Shown here piece after piece: positions 12,693-23,190 of a stretch of DNA of 64,000 nucleotides (its first letter is position 1; each line of letters opens with the position of its first letter). The notes beneath the pieces were generated by a model that did not search any database, had not been told where the DNA came from, and worked only from the letters and a program-made list of their open reading frames with translations. Origin of the DNA: Narcine bancroftii (taxonomy: Eukaryota). The stretch is from contig NC_091481.1 of the NCBI RefSeq assembly GCF_036971445.1, forward strand, positions 63,426,001-63,490,000, given 5' to 3'. Made by a program: the position numbers and the translations under genes.

Positions 12693-14003
12693 CACAATAG
12701 ATTAAAATTTAATGGAATGTGGATTAATGTAGGAATGGTGTAAATGGGACAGCATGGATTTTGGGGCCCAAGGACCTGTTTCTCTCTTGTCTCTCCCTGA
12801 TTGACGAAGCTGCCTGTCCCCTCTCTGCTGCCTGCTTCTGTGCTCCAGTGCCTGCTCATCCTGCCCTCCCTGCTCCCAGCCTCGCCTGCCCCTATTCAAA
12901 CCAGTTGATTCACGAGCCTCTCTCCCTCAGCACCCTGTCCTCCATCTGTCACCCCCCCGCCCTGCCTCCATTGTGCTCTGACAGCTGCCTTGTCCAACCC
13001 CCCGCCAAATCCTCCCACCCCTCGCCACCTTGTGCTACCCAGCCCCCACCATCTGGAGGCTTTGTGTGATTCCCGAGGGCATTTATGAAGGGATTCCTCT
13101 CCTGTTACATTTCCTTCTCTTTCCCCCCCCCACCCCCAAATCCCCACAAAATCATACCTTGCCACTTACAGAGTATCTCTCTCTGCTTCCATCAATTTAA
13201 AATGTAAACTCTGGATTTGGACCCCCCCCCCCCCCCCCCCCAGCTGCCTGGATCGGAGTCTGTTGGCCCTCCACTCTCTCGGCTAGGGCCCTGCTTCAAG
13301 CTGGGGACCAACCCTTTCTGCTACAGTTGAGGCAAGGTTCAAGATTCCTTTTATGGTCACGTAATAATATATTAAAGACCTAAAAATATATGACATATTT
13401 TCTTCCAGGGGGCAAACAAAAGGCCCTTTTATAAAGCAAAATAATTCCGTGCATAAAGGCGGAGATTCTCCGCCCTCGCATCAGAAAACTTACCTTCATA
13501 AACGGTCTGTGAGCGGCTGCAAGGCGGCGACTCCAATCCCTCTCCGAGGTAGAGTGGAGCGTTCCACCTCACTGCTTAAAGGTGCATCCACTGCAAGCAG
13601 CTGGTTGGGGGCGGGCTGATGAAATTGCGATGATGCCGTCGGCTCGCGACCCATCTCACTCTCCCTCCATGACCTACTCAGGGCAGGGGCAGCTGGGGAG
13701 AAGAGGGCCATCAGGGCGGGCTCACTGGGCAACTTCGGCCTTTGGGGGCCGCTTGGCGCCAGCGGCCCAATATGCGGGAGAGCAATGGCCGTCTTCCCTA
13801 CCTGTAATCCCCCATGCAGCGGGAACCACTCTGGGCAACGCAGAGCGGTTCCCGCTGCATGAGGGATTCTGGGTAGGGAAGACGCCCATAGCTCTGCCAT
13901 GTATTTACAACGGGTAGTGCCACAGCAACAGTCGCCCACAGCGGATCTGGGCGACGCACCGAGGCGCCGCTCTGCATTATTCCACGTTTGAAGCCGGCCT
14001 TGA

Positions 14004-14317
14004 AGCAGTCCCTGGGTTACAAATGAGATCTGTTCCAAAGTCTGTCTTTAAGTCGAATTTGTAGGTGAGTCGGAACAGGTACATGCGGTTCTAATTTGGC
14101 ATCAGTTAGACAAATGCTTGTCTTAGTATATAGTATATGCTTTACCTTTCTATGCATAGAAAGGAGTCAATTTCTTGAAGTAGGCATCAAGGGTGGCAAT
14201 GCGATCTGACTTAAAATGGCAGACGGCGTTCTCCTTCCTCAGGCCAACAAATGGTGAAGCTGCACGTCGCTTGTCTATAAGTACGAGTTGTCCGTAAGTC
14301 GGACATTCATAACCCCG
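14004..14317. mobile_element. Tigger-like MITE
   Basis: GCAGTCCCTGGGTTACAAATG...GTCCGTAAGTCGGACATTCATAACCCC resembles recalled Tigger3-type termini. Confidence 0.6.
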
Positions 14318-15107
14318 TAAAAATGTCTGGGATTTCACGGTTAGCACAACGGACCAGCGGCCAGGATTTGAATCCAGTGCTGTCTGGAAGGAGTTTGTAC
14401 ATTCTCCCTGTGTCTACGTGGGTTTCCTCCGGGTGCTCCGGAATCCTCCCCGTCCTTCTCAAAATAAACCATACAGCGGGTTGTAGGTTAGTTGGGCGGC
14501 AGGGGCTCATGGGCCAAAAGTGCCTGTCTAAATTTAAAACTTTAATTTAGTTACACACAAACTGTTTCCCAATGGCAGAATCCCAGGATTAACTACACAA
14601 ATTATACGCAGGTTGAAGTAACCCAGGATTAGTTCTAAGTTATATCTATTTAGAGTTTACCCAGATTAGTTTTTGCATTAATTGTGTACCATCTACAATG
14701 CCCAGGGTTAATTGTATATTCGTTGTGCGTGGCATATTGAACTCTAAGTTTAATGATGTCCTAAATGAGGATGTTTCAGTATCCTGGGATGGCTTCAGCT
14801 TAAACCACATGGGAATTAAATTATCTCGGGAGAATCCTGCAGGCTGTTTGTCAGAGTTCAATGATCATGATGATTCTTCTGATCAACCATGTGCCTTGCA
14901 TCACACTGGGATTGGCCCTGTATTAAGAGGTCCCTGTACTGGATCTGTGCAGTGCGTGGGTTACTGGATCTCCAGTTCGGATTTAGTCCCTTGTTAACTG
15001 TTAAGAGGGTTATGGGATCCTGAGATCAGTTCTGTGAAAACAGTGTTCCGATCAGAACTCCCAGGTTCTGTGCCGACCACGTCTAGATAATGGCACCCTG
15101 CAAATAA

Positions 15108-15679
15108 CACTGAACAATGAAGATTTTGCTTCCTGAACACTTTCGGGATTATAGGCCGCTGATCATGAAAATCACCTTAAAAATTTCCTATCACATACTA
15201 TTTTTTTAGATATAACCTATTTTTGTGATTTCCTGTCATATTTTAAGTTTCTTTCAAACCTACAAAACCACGAAGCGCAACATGTCGTTGAGAATTCACT
15301 TTCTGCATTTGCACTTGGACGTCTTCCTCGCTGATCTTGGTGCCGTCGGTGACGGTCACGGTGAAAGGTTTCACCAGGACATTGCGTCCTGTGGTAGCAG
15401 GGCAACTGGAACGCTGGCTGACTGTTGTTGGACGCTGACCCGAGAGGCTGAGTGCAAACGAAAATCAGTGGCAAATCATTTTTAGGTCAGTTGAACGAAA
15501 GCAATGTGCCAGCATCAATATGCGATTAAACAGGCTAAATTCAATCAAAGTTAATGTTTCTTCAACTTCTACGCGATAGAGCTAATCTGAAATGATCTTT
15601 TGGGTTCGGCTTGAAGCTATCCATCATAATCTCCAATATTTGTCAGGAAGCAAACCTGTTGAAAAAATATTGTCCAGTG
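15108..15679 (+). mobile_element. Internally deleted Chapaev3-like (CMC superfamily) DNA transposon
   Basis: TAA|CACTGAACAAT...ATTGTCCAGTG|TAA (TIRs and 3-bp TWA TSD); transposase C-terminal remnant NMSLRIHFLHLHLDVFLADLGAVGDGHGERFHQDI. Confidence 0.75.
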
Positions 15680-16209
15680 TAATCTGCCCTGTGTGAGTGG
15701 ACTACAGAAATTCTGGGCAAGGTGGGTACAGTATCTGGGGGTTAGTTTGCTAACCATGGTAATGTAAAAGAATGGAGCAGGTGTGGAATAAAAATATAAA
15801 ATTATAAAAGAAATAGATAAGGGTGTTTCCTCCAGGAGATGAGATTAGGACTAGGGGACAATTGGGGAAGTAGATTCAAGACCAAGATGATGAGGAGCTA
15901 TTTTCCCAGGGTGCAGGGCATCTGTGGAATTCCTTGCCCAATGAACCAGTACAGGCTGTATCATTGAATGTATATTTAACTCACCAATAGGTTTTTGAAG
16001 AATGGGCAGATTAAAGGTGATGACGAACAGGTGGATTAGCAAAGCCAGGACCTTATTGAATAGTAGACTAGTCACGATGGACTCCTGCTCACTTACGCAA
16101 GGTTATCTCAGAACTTACCACTGAGCCAACCGGGTTAGTGTATCCCAGGATGTGTTTGGCGTTGTGACCGGGTTAGTGTATCCCGGGAGGTGTTTTATGT
16201 TATAAAAAC

Positions 16210-16650
16210 ACAGAACTGCCAGGGGAACTTGGCATCCATAGGAGAAAAAGATATCTTTTTGACGTTTTGGCCCTGAGCCCTTCTTTAAGGTATAAGCAGA
16301 AAATCTCAGAATACAGACAATGCTGGCGGGGGGTGGGGCAGGAATCCAGATCAACCAAAGGTAATAATTGGATATGATTAGGGGAGAGGTGAGAATTGAT
16401 TCTTGTCTGTGTGATAGAGAGAAAAGGGGCTGGGGTGGAGGTGCTGGGGGGGGGGGGGGGGTGGTTGCGGTTGTGATTTAACGAAAGCCAGAGAAGTCGA
16501 TGTTGGTGCCGTCCAGTTGGTGGGTGTCCAGACAGAAGATGAGGTGTCGTTGCTCCAATTTACGGGCAGTCTTGGCAGTGCCTGAGACCATGGTCAGACC
16601 TTGTCAGCAAGCAAACGGGATGGGGAATGGAAATGGACGGCCACTGGATT
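16210..16650 (-). mobile_element. Penelope-like element 3' fragment with degenerate hammerhead-like motif
   Basis: Homologous to 1660-2270; minus strand TTAAAGAAGGGCTCAGGGCCAAAACGTC. Confidence 0.65.
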
Positions 16651-17609
16651 AGAGTATCCCAGGATGTGTTTCGCGTTGTGGTTGGAGTATCCTGGGATTA
16701 GTCTGTGTTAAATATGTCTGGGCTTTTGTAGCTTGAGGCCTAGTTCTCTAATTGCATCTGGGTTTCAAGAATTCAGGATTAGAGCTGGGCTTTGTTTTTA
16801 AACGTTCCCCTGGATTAGTTCGGCATTGATTGTGATTGGGTTTCTGCTTCCCCAGATTGATTATGAATTCATTGTATTACAGTAGTCAGAGGTTAGTTGT
16901 GCAATAACTGACACCCCAGATTAGCTCTGTGTTGACTCTCCAGTGGGATTCAGTGTTGATTTAACGATGATCGGTGAATTGTGTCTGGACTAAGGATTAG
17001 TTTTGTAATGCGTCTCATTTAGAGTATTGTGGAATAACTCTCCCTTGACTTCAAGTTAATTCTATGCTAACGGTCTGCATGTTACAGTTATGAGCAGGTA
17101 ATAGTACCTGCACGGTACTATTAAATTCTTGCCATTTCAACTGCGATCTCAACCTCCTGTTCCCAGGATGAGTCCTGATCGCGCCAAATCTGGCTGCATC
17201 ATTCTGCTCCGCTGTGTCTCAAGATTAGTTCTGCATATGAATTTCAGATCCAGCAATTTAGGTCTGCACTCTGTGCAGATTATAGAACCCTGTGATCATT
17301 TCCATCGTTCCCGTACCTCGATGGCACTCATTCCGAGTTTAGTGTACATGGTAAATTTGGGATTTGAGTGACTTTTTTTTCTTCCAGTAACCTGGATTAT
17401 CTTTGTACTAATTGGTGTGTGTGTGTGTATATAGTTTCCTGGGTTTAGTTCTGTGCCACTACCTCACTGTACAGTCTTTTACAATATCCTAGAATACATC
17501 GAAGCAGGTCTAGCAACCTGAGTCGGTGCCAACAGTCAAACAGATATTTACACCCATCCTACATCAATCCCACTTTTTTTTGGTATTTCCCCACAATCTC
17601 ATCAACTGT

Positions 17610-19060
17610 TGAAGGTTGCAGGGAGGACATTGGACTGGATTTCGAGTTGGGCAGAAAAGTGGCAGATGGAGTTCAATCCGGATAAGTGTGAGGTGATGCA
17701 TGTTGGAAGGGTAAACCAGAAGGCTGAGTTAATGGTTACTCAAGAGGGTGGATGAACAGAAGGGACCTTGGGGTTCAAATCCATACATCCATGGCAGATT
17801 AACCATTGGGCTTTAGCCTAAGGTCTGAGACAAAAAAAAGGTTTAATTGAGCATTTTGGATGATATTTCAGTACTTTGCATATATTTTTTATCATATCTG
17901 GAATATTACAAATACTATTTTGCTTTCTAAATTAGACGCCAAACAGATAAACATTTAGAAGTAATGCTTTTAGGACTTTGTACTGAGAGATTGCATTTAC
18001 CATGCCGACGTTATGACGTTAACATGCACGTAGACTGGTTAAAGACAGGGAGCGAAGCCTGTCGGAACCTAAATGCCAGGAGTGTGACATCTATAAAATA
18101 TGACGGGAAACAGAAACGATACTTTAGGAAGTCGCTGTTTTACAAGTGACGAGAAGGTGGCTGTGCTGTTCTCCAAGCGTGTTCTGTTTTAACCACAAAC
18201 TGTTTTCAAGTGAAGACTGTGCTTGATTACACAACAATACCTGTCAGAATGTGATTACATGAAAGCACTTCTGGAAAGGGTTGTTGCTATAATTAAATTT
18301 CTTGCTTATACTTGTAGATTATACATAGTTCAACGATAGAAGTTAGCATCACTTTATTGTATTCAATGGGGCGGGGCAAGGTCAAGGGGAGCCTTACTAA
18401 AGCTCAGCTTAGGGGCCAGTTGGTAGTTAAAAAATCCCTCAAGGTCACCGTGCAGGTTGATAGGATAGTTTAGAAGGCCCATGGGATGCTGGGCTTCATT
18501 ACTCGGGGGAGTAAGTTCAAGAGTTGAGAGGTCAAGTTGCAAATCTACAAATCTCTGGTGAGACCACACTTGGAGTATTGCGTTCAGTTTTGGTCACCTC
18601 AGTACAGGATGTGGAAGCTGTGGAGAGGGTGCAGAGGAGACTTACCAGGATGTTGCCTGGACTGGTAAATAAATCTTATGAGGCAAGGTTAGCAGAGCTG
18701 GGACTTTTCTTTTTGGAGCATAGAAGGACGAGAGGAAACTTGATAGAGGTCTACAAGACTATGAGAGGCCTAGGCAGGGTGGACGGCCCGCACCTGATTC
18801 CCAGGGCATGATTGGCAAACAGCAGAGGGTGAATGTACAAAATTAATGGAGGGAAGTTTAGGGGAGATGTCAGGGGTAAGTTTTTTTTTACACACAGAAT
18901 TATGGGTGCCCAGAATGCCTTGCCAGGAATAATGATGGAAGGTGAAACATTAGGGGCATTTAAGAGACTCTTAGATAGGCACGTGGATGGAAGAAAAAAT
19001 AGAGGGCTGAAGGACAGGGAGGGTTTAATACTTTTTTTAATGGAATATATGGGTCGGCAC
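17610..19060 (+). mobile_element. CR1 LINE 3' fragment split by a ~645-bp insertion (17791-18436)
   Basis: CR1 stops at ...ATCCATACATCC (17790) and resumes CTCAAGGTCACCG (18438); the uninterrupted copy at ~61473 reads ATCCATACATGTCTCAAGGTCACCG. Confidence 0.8.
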
Positions 19061-19127
19061 AACCATATATTTTTAAGGAATATAAGATGGCCTGTACGTT
19101 GCTGTAGAGCTCTATGTTCTAACCCAC

Positions 19128-19840
19128 GGAGGGTGAGCAAATTTAAGTTCTTGGGAATCACTATCTCGGAGGATCTTTCTTGGACTCAACACACTAATGG
19201 CATCATGAAGAAAGCACGTCAGTGCCTCTACTTCCTCAAGAGTTTGCAGAGGTTTGGTACATCACTGGAAACCCTGGCAAATTTTTACAGCGGTGTGGTG
19301 GGAAGTGTGCTGACTGGCTGCATCATGGCTTGGTACGGGGACACCAATCCCCCTGAGTGTAAAGCCCTGCTAAGGGTAGTTTGCACGGCCCAGGACATCA
19401 CAGGTGAAACCCTCCCCACCATCGAGAACATCTACGGGAAGGCTGCCGTTGGAGAGCAGCAGCGACCATCAAGGATCCACACGACCCAGCACATTCTCAT
19501 CTCGCTGCTGCAATCAGGAAAGAGGTATCGGTACCACAAGACTCACACCACCAGGTTCAGGAACAGCTGCTCCCCCTCCACCATCAGACTCCTCAATGAC
19601 AAACTCAATCAGAGACTCATTTAAGGACTCTTTACATGTGCACTTGAATGATTTTTATTTTCCTTTCAGAATTCCTCTCACAATTGCACAATCGGTTTCT
19701 TTACATTTCTATTTTTATGTGTACGTTGAGTCTATTTTTTTTTGCACTCCCAATAAGTGGTAATTCTGCCTGGCCCACAGGAAAAAGAATCTCAGGGTTG
19801 GGTGGAATCTCATGTATGTACCCTGACAACAAATCTGAAC
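19128..19840 (+). mobile_element. Rex1/Babar-type LINE, RT C-terminus and 3' UTR
   Basis: FKFLGITISEDLSWTQHTNGIMKKARQCLYFLKSLQRFG...LTGCIMAWYG...TTRFRNSCSPSTIRLL. Confidence 0.85.
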
Positions 19841-21764
19841 TCTGGATTCTATCACTTAATAGGGGCAAGTTGCAGCTGCCAGTTGACCAACTAATATTCA
19901 CATCTTTGAGAAATGGCTTGAGGAAGAGAAACTCCACACAGACAGCATCTAAAGCCAGATTTGCTCTGCCAACTCTGTTGGTTTTCTTTGGGTGGCTTTC
20001 AAGTTTATTCTCATCCGATTGTTGCACGTTCAACCGGACAAAACGTAATTCTTTGGTCCTCGGTGCAAAAGCACGCAAACATCCAAATACAGACAAGCGA
20101 TACATAGGGAGAACGTAGAATAAAACCCATGGGATCTGGAATTCAAGCAACCCGCAAAAAAAAGGAAAATAAATTAAAAAATGAAAATAAGTAATAGGCA
20201 AGTTTAAAATTGTAAATGGTCTCTGAAGTAGCACATAAACCTTCGGTGAAGATGGGAGCCAATATTCAGCCAGCGGAGGGCCTTGGTTGGGCTTTGCTCG
20301 GACCAGCTGTTTGAATAAAGTTGTGTGAAGTGACAGTGGCGTTGCCCCGGATGTGGTTGATGCCGCTCGCCATTGGGGCAACTCTCTTAAAATATCTCCT
20401 TATCCCTGCTTAGTAAGAGTTGACCCGGTCAGAGGCTTTATCTGTAAACTTGGGAAGGAGGGTGGGGGCTAAATATTTATAATGTTATTTTCAGTCTTTT
20501 GGGTGGCTCCATGGAGGGGGAGGAACCTGCAGATGCAGTGACAGTTTTCAAAGAACGTCACTGTAAATAAAGTAAAATGCTTTAAGGTTTATATATTCAC
20601 GGAAGTGAAGTTTGTTCGGTGTAAGTACAGTATAGTATTTTTGTCTTTTATCTGTTTGTTCTTAATGTATTAGGCATTGTAAGGGTAAGTCTCAAGCAAC
20701 TGGAAACTACATATATCCAGCATCTACCAATCCCCAATAAGAGTCAAATACCAGAGGTTTTACTGTATATATACATGTATAAAAATCAATCAATATTGTT
20801 TCATCAATAGTAGAGTCTCAGAGGTTTAGAATGAGCGATTTCTTCTTCCGTGATTAATTGTTGGTCACTGATAGGCTTTCAGTATTTTGGGACACGTTCT
20901 CCTCAAACAGTATGTGGGTTGCAGAATCCAGTCATCATTTCTCTATTTACTGGGCACCCTCTGCTATCCTGCCAGTAGTTTCTGTTAACTGTGTAGAGGT
21001 TAGATTAGAATATGCTCAGTTTTGTATTAACTCTGTGTGGGTTAAAGTGTTCCAGCATTTGGTCATGATTTATTGTATCTTGGGACTAAATGTATGCAGG
21101 CCGCAATGTCCTGTGCCACATTTTAGGTCACCATAGGTTTGCCACGTTATAGTTTCCCCTCGATCGTCTGTGAAATAATTTTGGGTTAAGTTGACCTGTT
21201 TTCCATTAACTGTGCATGTTGCAGTGTTTCAGGATTAATTCTGTGCTGTCTGGGTTCCTATATCGGAAGATTAGTTCCGCATGAACTGTGATGATTATAG
21301 GATGAGCTCGACATTAATTGCACGTGGAGAGTGTTCCAGAACAAGTTCTAGTTCTAGACCCTTTCTTGTTTCTATTGGTACGTGAATAGGTAAGGCTTCA
21401 AGAGATCTGGGTCAAACATAGGCAAATGGGACTAGCTTAGGCAGGGAAGATGAACATTAAGCTTAGCGTAGCGGTTTGCGCCAGTTACATATAAAGGATA
21501 TAAAGACACAGTTTGATCTGCTGCATTTCTCCAGTGTGTTTTAACTTCAACCACCAGCGTCTGCAGACTTTTGTGTTTTACTTGAAGGAGCTTGTATGTT
21601 CTCCCCCTGTCTGTGTGGGTTTTCCCAGAGTGCTTTAATTTCCTCTCATCTTTCAAAATGTACCATGGGTTGCAGGTTAATGGGGGTATTTTGGCAGCAC
21701 AGGGCTCGTAGGGCAGAAGGACCTGTTATCTTGTGTTTCCATTTTTAAACATTTTATATTCAAT

Positions 21765-21972
21765 GCCTTTACAGCACCAGCGATTGGGACCGGACCTGAG
21801 TTCAAATCCCGCGCTGTCTGTAAGGAGTTTGTATGTCCTCTGCGTATCTGCGTGGGTTGTCTCCAGTTTCCTCCCACCGTTCGAAACGTACCGGGGGTGT
21901 TGGTTAATTGGGGTAAAATTGGGCGGCACCGACTCGTGGGGCAAAATGGCCTGTTACTGTGCTGTATGTCTA
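21765..21972 (+). mobile_element. tRNA-derived V-SINE-like element, preceded by a truncated copy at ~21586-21745
   Basis: TTACAGCACCAGCGAT...GAGTTCAAATCCCGCGCTGTCTGTAAGGAGTTTGTATGT. Confidence 0.75.
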
Positions 21973-22519
21973 AAAAAAATTAGAGACGCTGGCCCATCCA
22001 CTCCACAAGCCAGCGCTGTCCAAACACACCCATGTATCTAATTAACCTATCAGCCCCCACAATCCTTAGCAGGTGGGAGGAAGCCGGAGCGCATGGGGGA
22101 AACAAGGGGAGAATGTGCAAACTCCTGGCAGACAGTGGCAGGTCACTGGCCTTGTGATAGCCTTCCGCTCTCTGTGCTGCCCTCTCTGTGTGTGGAAGGG
22201 CTCGTGCCTGCACCGCTACAACTCCAGGACTGCAGGAAGCGCAGGGATCAGATGGTGACTCAGCACATCGGACATGATTCGCTGAACTGTTCCGGGGAGC
22301 TGGGTCAGTGGAGCCAGTGCTCTGCTGCAGTAGCTTCATGAAAAATAAATGAGGGCTGGGATTTGAACCATGGCTGGCTCCTTCCACCATGAGTCAGCTG
22401 GCCACCGGATTCACATTACAATCTGCGCATCAGTGAGGCAAGAGCAATAAAAATCCACTTACCCAGTTCCCGGCGGAATCGTCCTTTAATCAGTCAACAA
22501 GCCCAGCAGATCCGTCCTT

Positions 22520-23190
22520 AATGCAAGAACTGGAGCAGGAGTTGGCTGTCCGGCCCGTCGAGCCTGTTCTGTTATTCATTGAGATCATGGCTCAACTCCA
22601 CTGACCTGCCTTTTTCCCCATATCCCTGAATTCCCTGACTCTAGAAATCTATCCAGCTTGGTCTTAAATAGATTTTCTGAGGTTGCCTCCCTCTGGGAAA
22701 AGCAGTTCCTCCTCATCTCCATCCTAAATCTACCACCCTGCATCTTGAGGCTATGTCCCCTAGTTTTGGTCTTCCACCACCAATGGAAATGACTTGCCTA
22801 CCTCTATCTTAGATTTCATAATTTTTTACGTTTCTATAAATAAAAGATATGTTTCTATAAGATCCCCTCTCGTTGTTCTAAATTCAAACAAGTATAGCCC
22901 ACAGAAGAATCCATCTCTCCCCATTAGGCCAACCTCCCTCCCCACTGCCCCCCCCCCCCCAATCCCTGCAAACCTCCTCTGCACCATCTCCTTCCTCAAG
23001 TAAGGAGACCAGAACTGCATGCAGTTCTCCAGATGTGGCCTCATCAGGACCTTGTACAGTTGCAGCATCACCTCCCTGCTCCTAAATTCAGTCTCTCCAG
23101 GGATGAAGGCCAACGGTCCATTTGCTTTCTGATCACCTGCCACACCTGCAAACCGACCTTTTGTGGTTCATGCATAAGCCCTCCCAAGTC
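22520..23190 (-). mobile_element. CR1 LINE 3' fragment
   Basis: Minus strand REVMLQLYKVLMRPHLENCMQFWSPYLRK. Confidence 0.8.

Larger units (their letters stand above)
14580..17460. repeat. Ancient degenerate ~40-bp tandem array, interrupted by TEs, resuming at ~20970-21350
   Basis: Motif (C)CC(A/T)GGATTAGTTCTGTG recurs at ~38-42 nt spacing (14582, 14622, 14660, 14701, 14783; 16773, 16809, 16851) and sporadically later. Confidence 0.55.

Noticed and set aside
17950-18250. Host promoter (CRE half-site, TATA-like, RUNX motif)
   Set aside because: Lies inside an insertion that interrupts a CR1 copy, so it is unlikely to be ancestral host regulatory DNA.
18833-19624. Longest ORF (263 aa) as a host gene
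   Set aside because: Chance fusion of a CR1 3' end with a Rex1/Babar RT C-terminus.
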